Below, piece by piece: positions 56,585 through 64,000 of a stretch of DNA of 64,000 nucleotides. Numbering within the stretch: the stretch's first letter is position 1; each line of letters opens with the position of its first letter. Made by a program: the position numbers and the translations under genes. The stretch spans positions 925,892 to 989,891 of the forward strand of contig JACPKY010000002.1 in assembly GCA_016186795.1 (NCBI GenBank). The letters run 5' to 3'. Source of the DNA: Candidatus Gottesmanbacteria bacterium (GTDB lineage Bacteria; Patescibacteriota; Microgenomatia; 2-02-FULL-39-11). The notes under the pieces are model-generated. The model was not told where the DNA came from, made no database searches, and saw nothing but the letters and a program-made list of their open reading frames with translations.

Positions 56585-59500
56585 ATGAAACTTTCAGGAA
56601 TCCGCCAAACCGTTTTCCTTGACCGATATTCACTCAAAGATGAGAAAGGAAATCCAGTTGAGAAAACTCCAGAACAGATGTGGAAAAGGGTCGCTCACGG
56701 AATTAGTCAGGTGGAAAAATCGAGCGTACAGAAGTATTGGGCGGAGAAATTTGAGAGTATCATGCAGGATTTTAAATTCGTTCCTGGAGGGCGGATCCTT
56801 TCGGGAGCAGGGACTGGGTACAACGTAACATTCTATAACTGCTTTGTTATTCCTTCTCCAAAAGATTCTCGCGAGGGCATTTTAGATACCCTAAAACAAA
56901 TGGTTGAGATTATGGCACGAGGAGGAGGGGTAGGAATTAATCTTTCATCACTGCGTCCCCGAGGGGCACGTGTCAAAAAGGTAAATGGGTTTTCCTCAGG
57001 CCCTTGTAACTGGGCAGAACTTTTTTCTGTTGCGACCAAAGATATCATTCAACAGGGTGGAACACGAAGAGGAGCTCTCATGCTCATGCTCTGGGATTGG
57101 CATCCGGATGTTGAGGAGTTTATTACAGTGAAACGCGACCTTTCCCGGATAAACGGTGCCAATCTTTCAGTATGTGTTTCTGACAAATTCATGGAGGCAG
57201 TGAAAAAAGATGACGACTGGCAGCTTTATTTCCCCGATACAAATGATCGTGAGTATGATACCAAGTGGGAAGGGTATATGGATGAGTGGCTCAAGATGGG
57301 GAAGAAAGTAAAAGTTTTCAAAACAATTAAAGCCCGGAAGCTGTGGGATCTTATTTGTGAAGCAGCGTGGGCTTCTGCAGAACCTGGTGTTGTTTTCATG
57401 GAGCGGTACAACAAATGGTCGAACAATTGGTATTTCAACAAAATAAACTGTGTCAATCCGTGTGTCACTGGAGATACGTTGGTCTCCACAACGAATGGAT
57501 TACAATCTATGCGGAAATTGTACGAGATTGGAAAGCCATTTAGAGTTGTTGTCGATGGGAAGAATTATCTATCTACCCATGTAAAACATACAGGAGTAAA
57601 ACCTGTATATCGATTGAGAACCCGTGAGGGTTATGAAATGAAATTAACAAATGACCATAAAGTCATTACGGTAAATGGTAAAAAAGAAGCAGATGAACTT
57701 GTTTCCGGTGATAAAATTTTACTCTCACATGGAGGATCATTTGGAGTAACAGGGAATATAGAAGAAGGGAACGTATTAGGATGGCTTGTTGGCGATGGAA
57801 CAATGAAAAAGGATGTGGCGACTCTTTTCTTTTATCATAATGAGAAACAGGAATTAGCACCTCAATTTGCCTCTATGGTGGGAAAAATGGTTGAAGGAGA
57901 GGGTGTCACGCAGAGGATGTATCCAATTTTCCCTCAATATATTGAGAAAGAAAATAAGGCAGTTGTTGAATCAGTTAGACTTTGGAGGATAGCATATCGA
58001 TATGGAATAACACATGAAAATAAGTATATCGTGCCAGAACAAGTATTTGGAGGATCGGAAGAATTTCAACGAGGATTTTTGCAAGGTCTATTTTCAAGTG
58101 ATGGTACGGTAATAGGTACACCAAATAAAGGCGTGAGTGTTCGTCTTACCTCTGTGAGTTATTCTCTTCTTATCGGAGTACAGCGGTTACTTCTCAATTT
58201 GGGAATTCTAAGTAAAATCTATAAAAAAAGAAGGACAGAATCAAATCGTTTATTGCCGGATGGGCGAGGTGGGAAGAAATCATACTATTGTCAGGCATAT
58301 CATGAACTTGTTATCTCAAAAGTAAGCTTAATACGGTTCGCAGCTCTAATAAATTTTCTTCAGGACAATAAGAAGAATAAACTTGCTTCATTACTCTCAC
58401 TTTATGGACGGGGACCCTACAAAGAATCTTTCATGGCAACATTCTCTGCGTTGGAGAAGGATGGAGTTGAAGAAGTATTCGATATAACTGTTGCTGATAT
58501 TCATCGGTTTTCCGCAAATGGACTTATCGTATCTAACTGTGGTGAAGAGGGTCTCCCTGCATGGGGTGTATGTAACCTTTGTTCAATAAATCTTGCAGCG
58601 CTGGTGAAGGATGGGAAGATTGACTACAAGGAACTATCTGATATTGCAAAGGTTGGCGTTCGATTTCAGGATGACATTATCGATGCCGATTCCTACGTTT
58701 TCCCCCAAATTCGGCAAGTTCAGCAAAACGGAGAAAGGCGTATTGGTCTTGGAACAATGGGTCTTGGCGATGCGCTTATTAAAATGAAGTTGCGCTATGG
58801 TTCACCTGAGTCACTTCGAGAAATTGACAAGATTTATAAAACAATTCGAGACGCAGCATACGAATCATCGGTTGAAATCGCAAAAGAAAAAAGTCCGTTT
58901 CGAGAATTTGACGCTAAAAAACACCTCAAAGGGCATTTTATAAAGCGGCTTCCCAAAAAGACCCTTACAGCCATAAAAAAGTGGGGAGTGAGAAACTCTG
59001 TTCTTCTTCAACAAGCCCCAACCGGTTCAACGTCGCTTCTTGCTGGAGTTTCCTCAGGAATCGAACCAGTCTATGAGTTTTCGTTCGTCCGCCGTGACCG
59101 CTTGGGTGAACACACGCTGTATCATCCACTCTATGAAGAGTGGAAAAAATCTCATCCGAATGATCCCGTTCCTCCCTACTTTGTTTCAGCCAACGATTTG
59201 ATACCCGAAGATCATGTACGGGTACAGGGTGCAATACAAAAGTACGTTGATGCATCGATTTCTAAAACCGTGAACGCTCCCAACAATCATACTATTGAGG
59301 ATGTGCGGAAACTCTACACTCTCGCATATGAGTTAGGATGCAAAGGGGTGACATATATGCGAGAAGGAAGTAGGCCTGGAGTACTTGAGCGAATTCCTGA
59401 AAAGAAAGATGAGAAAGAAAGTGTCCAAAAAGAGAAAGCAACACCAAACGGAAACGGTCATTTGCCGGTTCGTGAAGAGATTATGCCAAGGCCAATGATG

Positions 59501-60016
59501 GTAGCTGGTGCAACATATCAGATTGATACACCTGTTGGGACTGCGTTTGTGACAATTAATACTGATGCCAACAATCAACCACTTGAAGTGTTTATAAATG
59601 TCGGTAAAGCAGGTTCTGATGTAACAGCGATGGCAGAGGCTTTGGGTAGAATTGTTTCACTTATGCTTCGCATGCAGTCAAGCGTTCCCGCATCAGAAAG
59701 AGCACGGCAAGTATTCAATCAGCTGATTGGTATTGGAGGATCAAAAGCGCTCGGATTCGGAGATAAGAGGGTGCGGTCACTTCCCGATGCTGTTGCGAAA
59801 GTTTTGGCAATGCACTATGGTTTTAAATTTAAAAATGGCAACGGAAATGGTCATCAACAAGCTGAGGGAAATCCACAAAGCGTACCAGTCTTAACACAGC
59901 AGTCACTTCCCGTAACGAAGATTGATTACGATCTTTGTCCATCATGCGGAGAGGCAGCTTTAGCCTACGAGGAAGGCTGCAAAAAGTGCTACAGTTGCGG
60001 ATACTCTGAGTGTTAA
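56585..60016 (+). CDS. nrdJ: Adenosylcobalamin-dependent (class II) ribonucleotide reductase with intein and fused C-terminal TSCPD/Zn-ribbon domain
   Basis: PGGRIL, NCFV, GGGVG, QGGTRRGA, NP/CGE split by intein, RRIGLG, APTG, SISKTVN, CKGVTYMR; C-terminal CPSC...CYSCGYSEC; adjacent nrdR and pduO. Confidence 0.95.
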   Translation: MKLSGIRQTVFLDRYSLKDEKGNPVEKTPEQMWKRVAHGISQVEKSSVQKYWAEKFESIMQDFKFVPGGRILSGAGTGYNVTFYNCFVIPSPKDSREGILDTLKQMVEIMARGGGVGINLSSLRPRGARVKKVNGFSSGPCNWAELFSVATKDIIQQGGTRRGALMLMLWDWHPDVEEFITVKRDLSRINGANLSVCVSDKFMEAVKKDDDWQLYFPDTNDREYDTKWEGYMDEWLKMGKKVKVFKTIKARKLWDLICEAAWASAEPGVVFMERYNKWSNNWYFNKINCVNPCVTGDTLVSTTNGLQSMRKLYEIGKPFRVVVDGKNYLSTHVKHTGVKPVYRLRTREGYEMKLTNDHKVITVNGKKEADELVSGDKILLSHGGSFGVTGNIEEGNVLGWLVGDGTMKKDVATLFFYHNEKQELAPQFASMVGKMVEGEGVTQRMYPIFPQYIEKENKAVVESVRLWRIAYRYGITHENKYIVPEQVFGGSEEFQRGFLQGLFSSDGTVIGTPNKGVSVRLTSVSYSLLIGVQRLLLNLGILSKIYKKRRTESNRLLPDGRGGKKSYYCQAYHELVISKVSLIRFAALINFLQDNKKNKLASLLSLYGRGPYKESFMATFSALEKDGVEEVFDITVADIHRFSANGLIVSNCGEEGLPAWGVCNLCSINLAALVKDGKIDYKELSDIAKVGVRFQDDIIDADSYVFPQIRQVQQNGERRIGLGTMGLGDALIKMKLRYGSPESLREIDKIYKTIRDAAYESSVEIAKEKSPFREFDAKKHLKGHFIKRLPKKTLTAIKKWGVRNSVLLQQAPTGSTSLLAGVSSGIEPVYEFSFVRRDRLGEHTLYHPLYEEWKKSHPNDPVPPYFVSANDLIPEDHVRVQGAIQKYVDASISKTVNAPNNHTIEDVRKLYTLAYELGCKGVTYMREGSRPGVLERIPEKKDEKESVQKEKATPNGNGHLPVREEIMPRPMMVAGATYQIDTPVGTAFVTINTDANNQPLEVFINVGKAGSDVTAMAEALGRIVSLMLRMQSSVPASERARQVFNQLIGIGGSKALGFGDKRVRSLPDAVAKVLAMHYGFKFKNGNGNGHQQAEGNPQSVPVLTQQSLPVTKIDYDLCPSCGEAALAYEEGCKKCYSCGYSEC
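57461..58537 (+). mobile_element. Intein (359 aa) with LAGLIDADG homing endonuclease
   Basis: Starts CVTGDTLV; block B LTNDHKV; LGWLVGDG and FLQGLFSSDG; ends VFDITV...FSANGLIVSN followed by extein Cys. Confidence 0.95.
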
Positions 60017-60020
60017 CCTC

Positions 60021-60566
60021 ATGGCAAGGCTAAAAATCTATACACGCACTGGAGATCGCGGACAAACATCTCTCTATGGTGGTAAGCGTGTCCCAAAAAG
60101 TCATTACCGTGTCAATGCGTATGGAACGATTGACGAGCTAAATAGTCTTTTGGGTATTGTGCTTTCCAAAATAGATGATGATCGTGTTCGGAAGTTTATT
60201 CATGGTATCCAACATGATCTATTTGTGATAGGTGGTCACCTTGCAGGAGCCAAAGTAGAGCTTGGAGTACTCAAAACACGAGTTGATGAGATGGAGAAAC
60301 TTATCGACTGGATGGATAGTAATCTTTCTTCTCTAAAATCATTTATTCTTCCTGATGGAACCGAGGCATCAACATTTCTTTTCTTTACGAGAGCCGTTGC
60401 CAGAAGAAGTGAGCGTGAGCTTGTTGCCCTTTCACTTGAAGAAAAAGTCGATGAGCGCGTTCTTATATATCTTAATAGATTATCCGATTTACTGTTTATG
60501 ATGGGAAGATATTTAAACTACAAAGCAAGTGTTGCAGAAACACCATGGAAGAGTAAAATAGAGTGA
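60021..60566 (+). CDS. pduO: ATP:cob(I)alamin adenosyltransferase (PduO type)
   Basis: KIYTRTGDRGQTSL, AYGTIDELNS, FILP, RAVARRSER, YLNRLSDLLF. Confidence 0.95.
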   Translation: MARLKIYTRTGDRGQTSLYGGKRVPKSHYRVNAYGTIDELNSLLGIVLSKIDDDRVRKFIHGIQHDLFVIGGHLAGAKVELGVLKTRVDEMEKLIDWMDSNLSSLKSFILPDGTEASTFLFFTRAVARRSERELVALSLEEKVDERVLIYLNRLSDLLFMMGRYLNYKASVAETPWKSKIE

Positions 60567-60569
60567 TAG

Positions 60570-60680
60570 AAATTCTTGATGGTAGAAGGAATTCTGTGTA
60601 ACTCAGAAACTGTGCCGCAACGGTAAAGTCCGGAACTTCCCCTCAAGCTGAAGGCCGGATGGCCTAAGATCCCGAGCAGG
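60570..60680 (+). promoter_or_regulatory. Cobalamin riboswitch (compact)
   Basis: CTTGA/TCAAG outer stem, GGAA, TCTG-TGTAACT-CAGA T-loop hairpin, CTGTGCCGCAACGGT and AAGTCCGGA (B12-box-like); context of pduO and putative B12 transport genes. Confidence 0.85.
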
Positions 60681-60727
60681 AAATATTTTCTTAAGACATT
60701 TTGGCGGCTTAAGATAGTTATAAGAAT

Positions 60728-60755
60728 GCCTTCTCGGGATGAGAGGGCTTTTTTT
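60728..60755 (+). terminator. Intrinsic terminator of the riboswitch expression platform
   Basis: GCCTTCTC-GGGAT-GAGAGGGC-TTTTTTT; ATCCCGAG (60669-60676) can pair with CTCGGGAT (60733-60740) as antiterminator. Confidence 0.8.
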
Positions 60756-63149
60756 ATGGTCGAAGCAATTGCACCAGGAGGTATTGGACCGGGAGGCGGA
60801 TACTCATGTGATTTTCAAGCTTCACTTGGAAGTGATGTTCTCATGCGTATGGGGAAGGAGCAGGCAATCCGTGGACAGGCATTGGATCTTGCAACGCTCC
60901 AAAGTGAGCATTTTGATGTTGATCCAATTGGATTGTACACCTTGAAAGTTGCTCAGGCGCAGTTTATGGACAAGGTAACAGGACAGGTGCGAAATGAGTT
61001 GACACTCATTTCTGATGATTTCGGCGGTGAGCCGTTGGGTGTTTGGACAGATGCTGGAGAGCATGGGACTGGGACGAAAGAGGAGTATACGCGACTTATT
61101 ACATGGGCAAATGAACTAGCCACAACTAACGGTGAGGCAACTCTTACATGGGTAAATCCTGGCGAAAAAAGACCGGATGGGAAACCAGAACATCGGGTGT
61201 TTGTTTTACGGAAGGAAGAAAGTGGCAAAGTGAACGGAGCAATGTATTCACTCAGTGGTTCAAGCGAGACTCTTACCTCATTTGCAAAAACGCTTGGATT
61301 TTCTGCAAACGAGTCACTTGTAAAACAACGGTTGTTACAAAAAGAAGATACCGGTAGTATCACCCACCAGGATGTGTATCGGGCTTACCAGTTAGTTTTA
61401 ACGCCTCAGGAGAGACAAGAACAGTCACAGTTTCTTGAGCGTTTTCGGAAAGAAGCAGAAGATGTTCCCGATGATATTCGTTGGGCGAAAATACGGCATC
61501 GGCAGGAGATTTACGAACATCAGCTCTCACAATATGAGGGAGAGATATCAGAAGCATTGGGAATTATCGCGCAAGGATTTAGTGCATTGCCGCAATATTT
61601 AGATAAGAACCTAGATAATCATCAGGAATCTGCGGAAATACTTCCCTACGATCTAGTAAGAGAATTGCCTCAGTCGCAAAAACTTCCCTCACGAGAAAAT
61701 ACGAACCTTTCAATTGAGTTTAACGATCAAAAAGTCCCTGAGTTTCCCTTAGAGCAAAAAGATAAAGGTGAATTAGTTGTGGTACAAAGTAAACAGGAAG
61801 AAAGTGTGGTTCCGGAAGAAACCCGCAGCATTTTTCCTCAAGAATTAAATACTTCTAAAACGGAAGACCTTCAGGATGATGCCGCTTCAGAGATTACCGC
61901 AATCTTTGTGTATTCACTACTTTTACTTGCGAGGGATACGGGGAGAGAAGATGAATCATCTAAAGTCATATATTTACCTCTTTTCGCTCCTACCGATACG
62001 TTGATGGAAGAATATTCTCTTAAAAGTGATTCATTAGCCGATAGGACATCTTTTGAACAAAGGGAAGAAAATACCCATGAGAGTAAGCTATCTCACAGTG
62101 ATGTTTTCGTGATTTTTGAAGATCTTCTTCTTTCCCCACAAGAGGATGAGGGAGTTGAAATTTCTGCCTCCGTCCTTTCTATTTTCGATGAGGTTTTTAC
62201 CGATGAGATTTCTGAAGAAGAAAAAAAAGGAGCGCAAATTATTTTGACAGATGAGAATATCCAGAAGTTTCAGATTATGTATGAGAAACTGCAAGAGAAA
62301 AGTTTCGTGCTACCAGAAGAAAATGGTAGAGAGGACACTGATGCGAAGGGTACGATTCTTCATACCTCTCATGATGAGATCAGCAAGCTTTTCGATATTG
62401 CAAAATCAACTGATATCCCAGAGCCGGAACGGTTACTCGCGCTTGTTTTACTCTACGAGAAAATGCAAGCAACTATTCCCGACGTAGACAGTAAAGACAA
62501 GGAAGATGAGAAAACTGTCTTCCCCCCTCAAAAAAAACTACTCGATCAACTTGATACGATGTACACGTTTTTCCGTACTGAAATGAATGCGTATTTGGAA
62601 AAGGCAGACCAGGCGATCACAGCAGATCTTGATATAACACTCTCTGATTTTTTGAAGGGCGTAACATTGGCTTTTGAGCTGTCAGAAGGAGAAAAACTAG
62701 ATGAGCCTCGCTTTCCTGAAGAGAAAGTTCTTCTCAAATACGTAGTTGCGATCTCTCTTCTTCGAATTCTTTCCGAGACCTCTGGGAAAAATTTCGGAAT
62801 GATCGATGGAAAAAGGGCAAAGTCTGATCCTCATTATATTGACCATGTCCTTTCCTATCTTCTCATTCTCGTTGAAATGCCCAAGGATTCCCGTGAAAGA
62901 ATTCTCAATCTTTTGGAACTTAATCCTTTGCACCATGCTTCGATTGGCAATTTTCCTCTTTTTTGGAAGCAGTCGGAAGAAACATTCTCAGGTATCGTTT
63001 TTGAGAATTCAATCTGGCTTTTACGCCAGCGCCTTCTCCATGGCTATTCACCAACAGCATACAGTTTCCCATCACATATGATTCTTTTTGACTACTTCCG
63101 GGATGTTTATCAACGTTTTCATGGAAGGAGTGTAAATTTGTATGAATAG
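60756..63149 (+). CDS. Large acidic hypothetical protein, first gene behind the cobalamin riboswitch
   Basis: 797-aa ORF from the ATG right after the terminator U-tract; 8-nt overlap with the next gene. Confidence 0.72.
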   Translation: MVEAIAPGGIGPGGGYSCDFQASLGSDVLMRMGKEQAIRGQALDLATLQSEHFDVDPIGLYTLKVAQAQFMDKVTGQVRNELTLISDDFGGEPLGVWTDAGEHGTGTKEEYTRLITWANELATTNGEATLTWVNPGEKRPDGKPEHRVFVLRKEESGKVNGAMYSLSGSSETLTSFAKTLGFSANESLVKQRLLQKEDTGSITHQDVYRAYQLVLTPQERQEQSQFLERFRKEAEDVPDDIRWAKIRHRQEIYEHQLSQYEGEISEALGIIAQGFSALPQYLDKNLDNHQESAEILPYDLVRELPQSQKLPSRENTNLSIEFNDQKVPEFPLEQKDKGELVVVQSKQEESVVPEETRSIFPQELNTSKTEDLQDDAASEITAIFVYSLLLLARDTGREDESSKVIYLPLFAPTDTLMEEYSLKSDSLADRTSFEQREENTHESKLSHSDVFVIFEDLLLSPQEDEGVEISASVLSIFDEVFTDEISEEEKKGAQIILTDENIQKFQIMYEKLQEKSFVLPEENGREDTDAKGTILHTSHDEISKLFDIAKSTDIPEPERLLALVLLYEKMQATIPDVDSKDKEDEKTVFPPQKKLLDQLDTMYTFFRTEMNAYLEKADQAITADLDITLSDFLKGVTLAFELSEGEKLDEPRFPEEKVLLKYVVAISLLRILSETSGKNFGMIDGKRAKSDPHYIDHVLSYLLILVEMPKDSRERILNLLELNPLHHASIGNFPLFWKQSEETFSGIVFENSIWLLRQRLLHGYSPTAYSFPSHMILFDYFRDVYQRFHGRSVNLYE

Positions 63150-63555
63150 ATTCATGAAAGGTTTTATTCTCATATTGGTTGGGACTATCATTCTTGCAGT
63201 TTTCGTTCTTCCCAAGAATGGTTGGTTCGATGTGGAAAAAGAGAATACGGGCAAAGCTGTACAAGTTGAAAAAAAGCATATTACGATGGTAATTGATTTT
63301 GGTGATAGAGTACGTTCATATACCGGTGTGGAAGCCTCGACTGTCTTTGAGGGATTGAAAAATATCTATCCGGAAGTTGAAGTAAAAACGTATGATTTTG
63401 GAATGCTTGTAACTAAAATTGAGGGAAAACAAAATTCGCCGACTCATGCATGGTTGTATTGGGTGAATGGAAAGGAAGCGACACTTTCTGCAGATATGTA
63501 CATTACAGAGGATGGAGATATGGTAGAATGGAAATACGTTTCACTGACTCAGTAA
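63142..63555 (+). CDS. DUF4430 (transcobalamin C-terminal-like) membrane-anchored protein, putative B12 binding
   Basis: N-terminal TM; TVFEGL, FGMLVTKIEG, WLYWVNG...SADMY...GDMVEWKY. Confidence 0.85.
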   Translation: MNRFMKGFILILVGTIILAVFVLPKNGWFDVEKENTGKAVQVEKKHITMVIDFGDRVRSYTGVEASTVFEGLKNIYPEVEVKTYDFGMLVTKIEGKQNSPTHAWLYWVNGKEATLSADMYITEDGDMVEWKYVSLTQ

Positions 63556-63556
63556 T

Positions 63557-64000
63557 ATGAAAAGAAAAGAAGTAGGTCTTGCATTATTTTTGATTCTTAC
63601 AGGAATTTTTTTCCGGACAATTTGGCATATCGGGCCAAATGTGGAATTTTTGACAACAGCATCATTTCTTTCTTCATATTACCTTTCCAAAAAATGGGCA
63701 ATTATTGTTCCACTTGCAACGATTGTCGCATCAGATATAGTTTTGGGTAACACGCTAATATTTTTATTTACCTGGAGTGGATATGTTGGTATTGGTCTTC
63801 TTGCTAGTTTGGTAAAAAATATTCGCAGGGTAGTACCCATCGTTTCCGGACTAGGATTTGTTATTGTTTCAGCACTTTGGTTTTACCTCTGGACGAATTT
63901 CGGGGTATGGCTCCTTGATAGTTTCGGTATGTATGATAATACTCTCAGCGGTCTTATCAATTCCTACATTGCTGGATTTCCTTTCTTGAGAGCTCACATT
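63557..64000 (+). CDS. DUF6580/ECF S-component-like membrane transporter (partial), putative cobalamin uptake
   Basis: Manual translation ...FRTIWHIGPNVEFLT...IVPL...SDIVLG...FTWSGY...FYLWTNFGVW...SYIAGFPF. Confidence 0.8.
   Translation, partial: MKRKEVGLALFLILTGIFFRTIWHIGPNVEFLTTASFLSSYYLSKKWAIIVPLATIVASDIVLGNTLIFLFTWSGYVGIGLLASLVKNIRRVVPIVSGLGFVIVSALWFYLWTNFGVWLLDSFGMYDNTLSGLINSYIAGFPFLRAHI

Noticed and set aside
1-64000. tRNA, rRNA or CRISPR arrays
   Set aside because: GGTTCGA hits fall inside coding regions without cloverleafs; no regularly spaced repeat-spacer array seen by eye

Overview
Origin-proximal chromosomal window of a low-GC bacterium. Gene content and style suggest Patescibacteria/CPR, probably Microgenomates-like (inference, no database search run). 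Order: yidD-rnpA-rpmH, divergent from dnaA, then a DnaA-box/DnaA-trio origin and dnaN; a PrgI/TraC-N/VirB4 T4SS-like operon divergent from an unusual ClpC-type AAA+ ATPase; an HExxH membrane protease and large orphans, including a 1739-aa protein with about 10 degenerate 40-50 aa repeats; a cell-envelope block (DUF4012, LCP, two tandem class A PBPs, CvpA-CAP, murB); gapN, MFS, cmk, HPS-like and SPFH genes; a purine-interconversion operon (NDT-like, atypical adenosine-deaminase family, guaB, orphan, guaA); an FTR1 iron permease; and a B12-centred block (nrdR, intein-containing nrdJ, pduO, a cobalamin riboswitch with terminator/antiterminator, a 797-aa orphan, DUF4430 and an S-component-like transporter). 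The best candidate for something undescribed is the ClpC: it carries a ~280-aa, four-repeat hemopexin-like insertion at the ClpP-docking loop, plus a C-terminal Zn ribbon, and sits beside the secretion operon. Other signals: a TSD-flanked palindromic mini-element, a 5'-truncated rplY, gene-conversion-like tracts between the PBP paralogs, and widespread leaderless promoters. No tRNA, rRNA or CRISPR array was seen. All family assignments come from motif recognition by eye.
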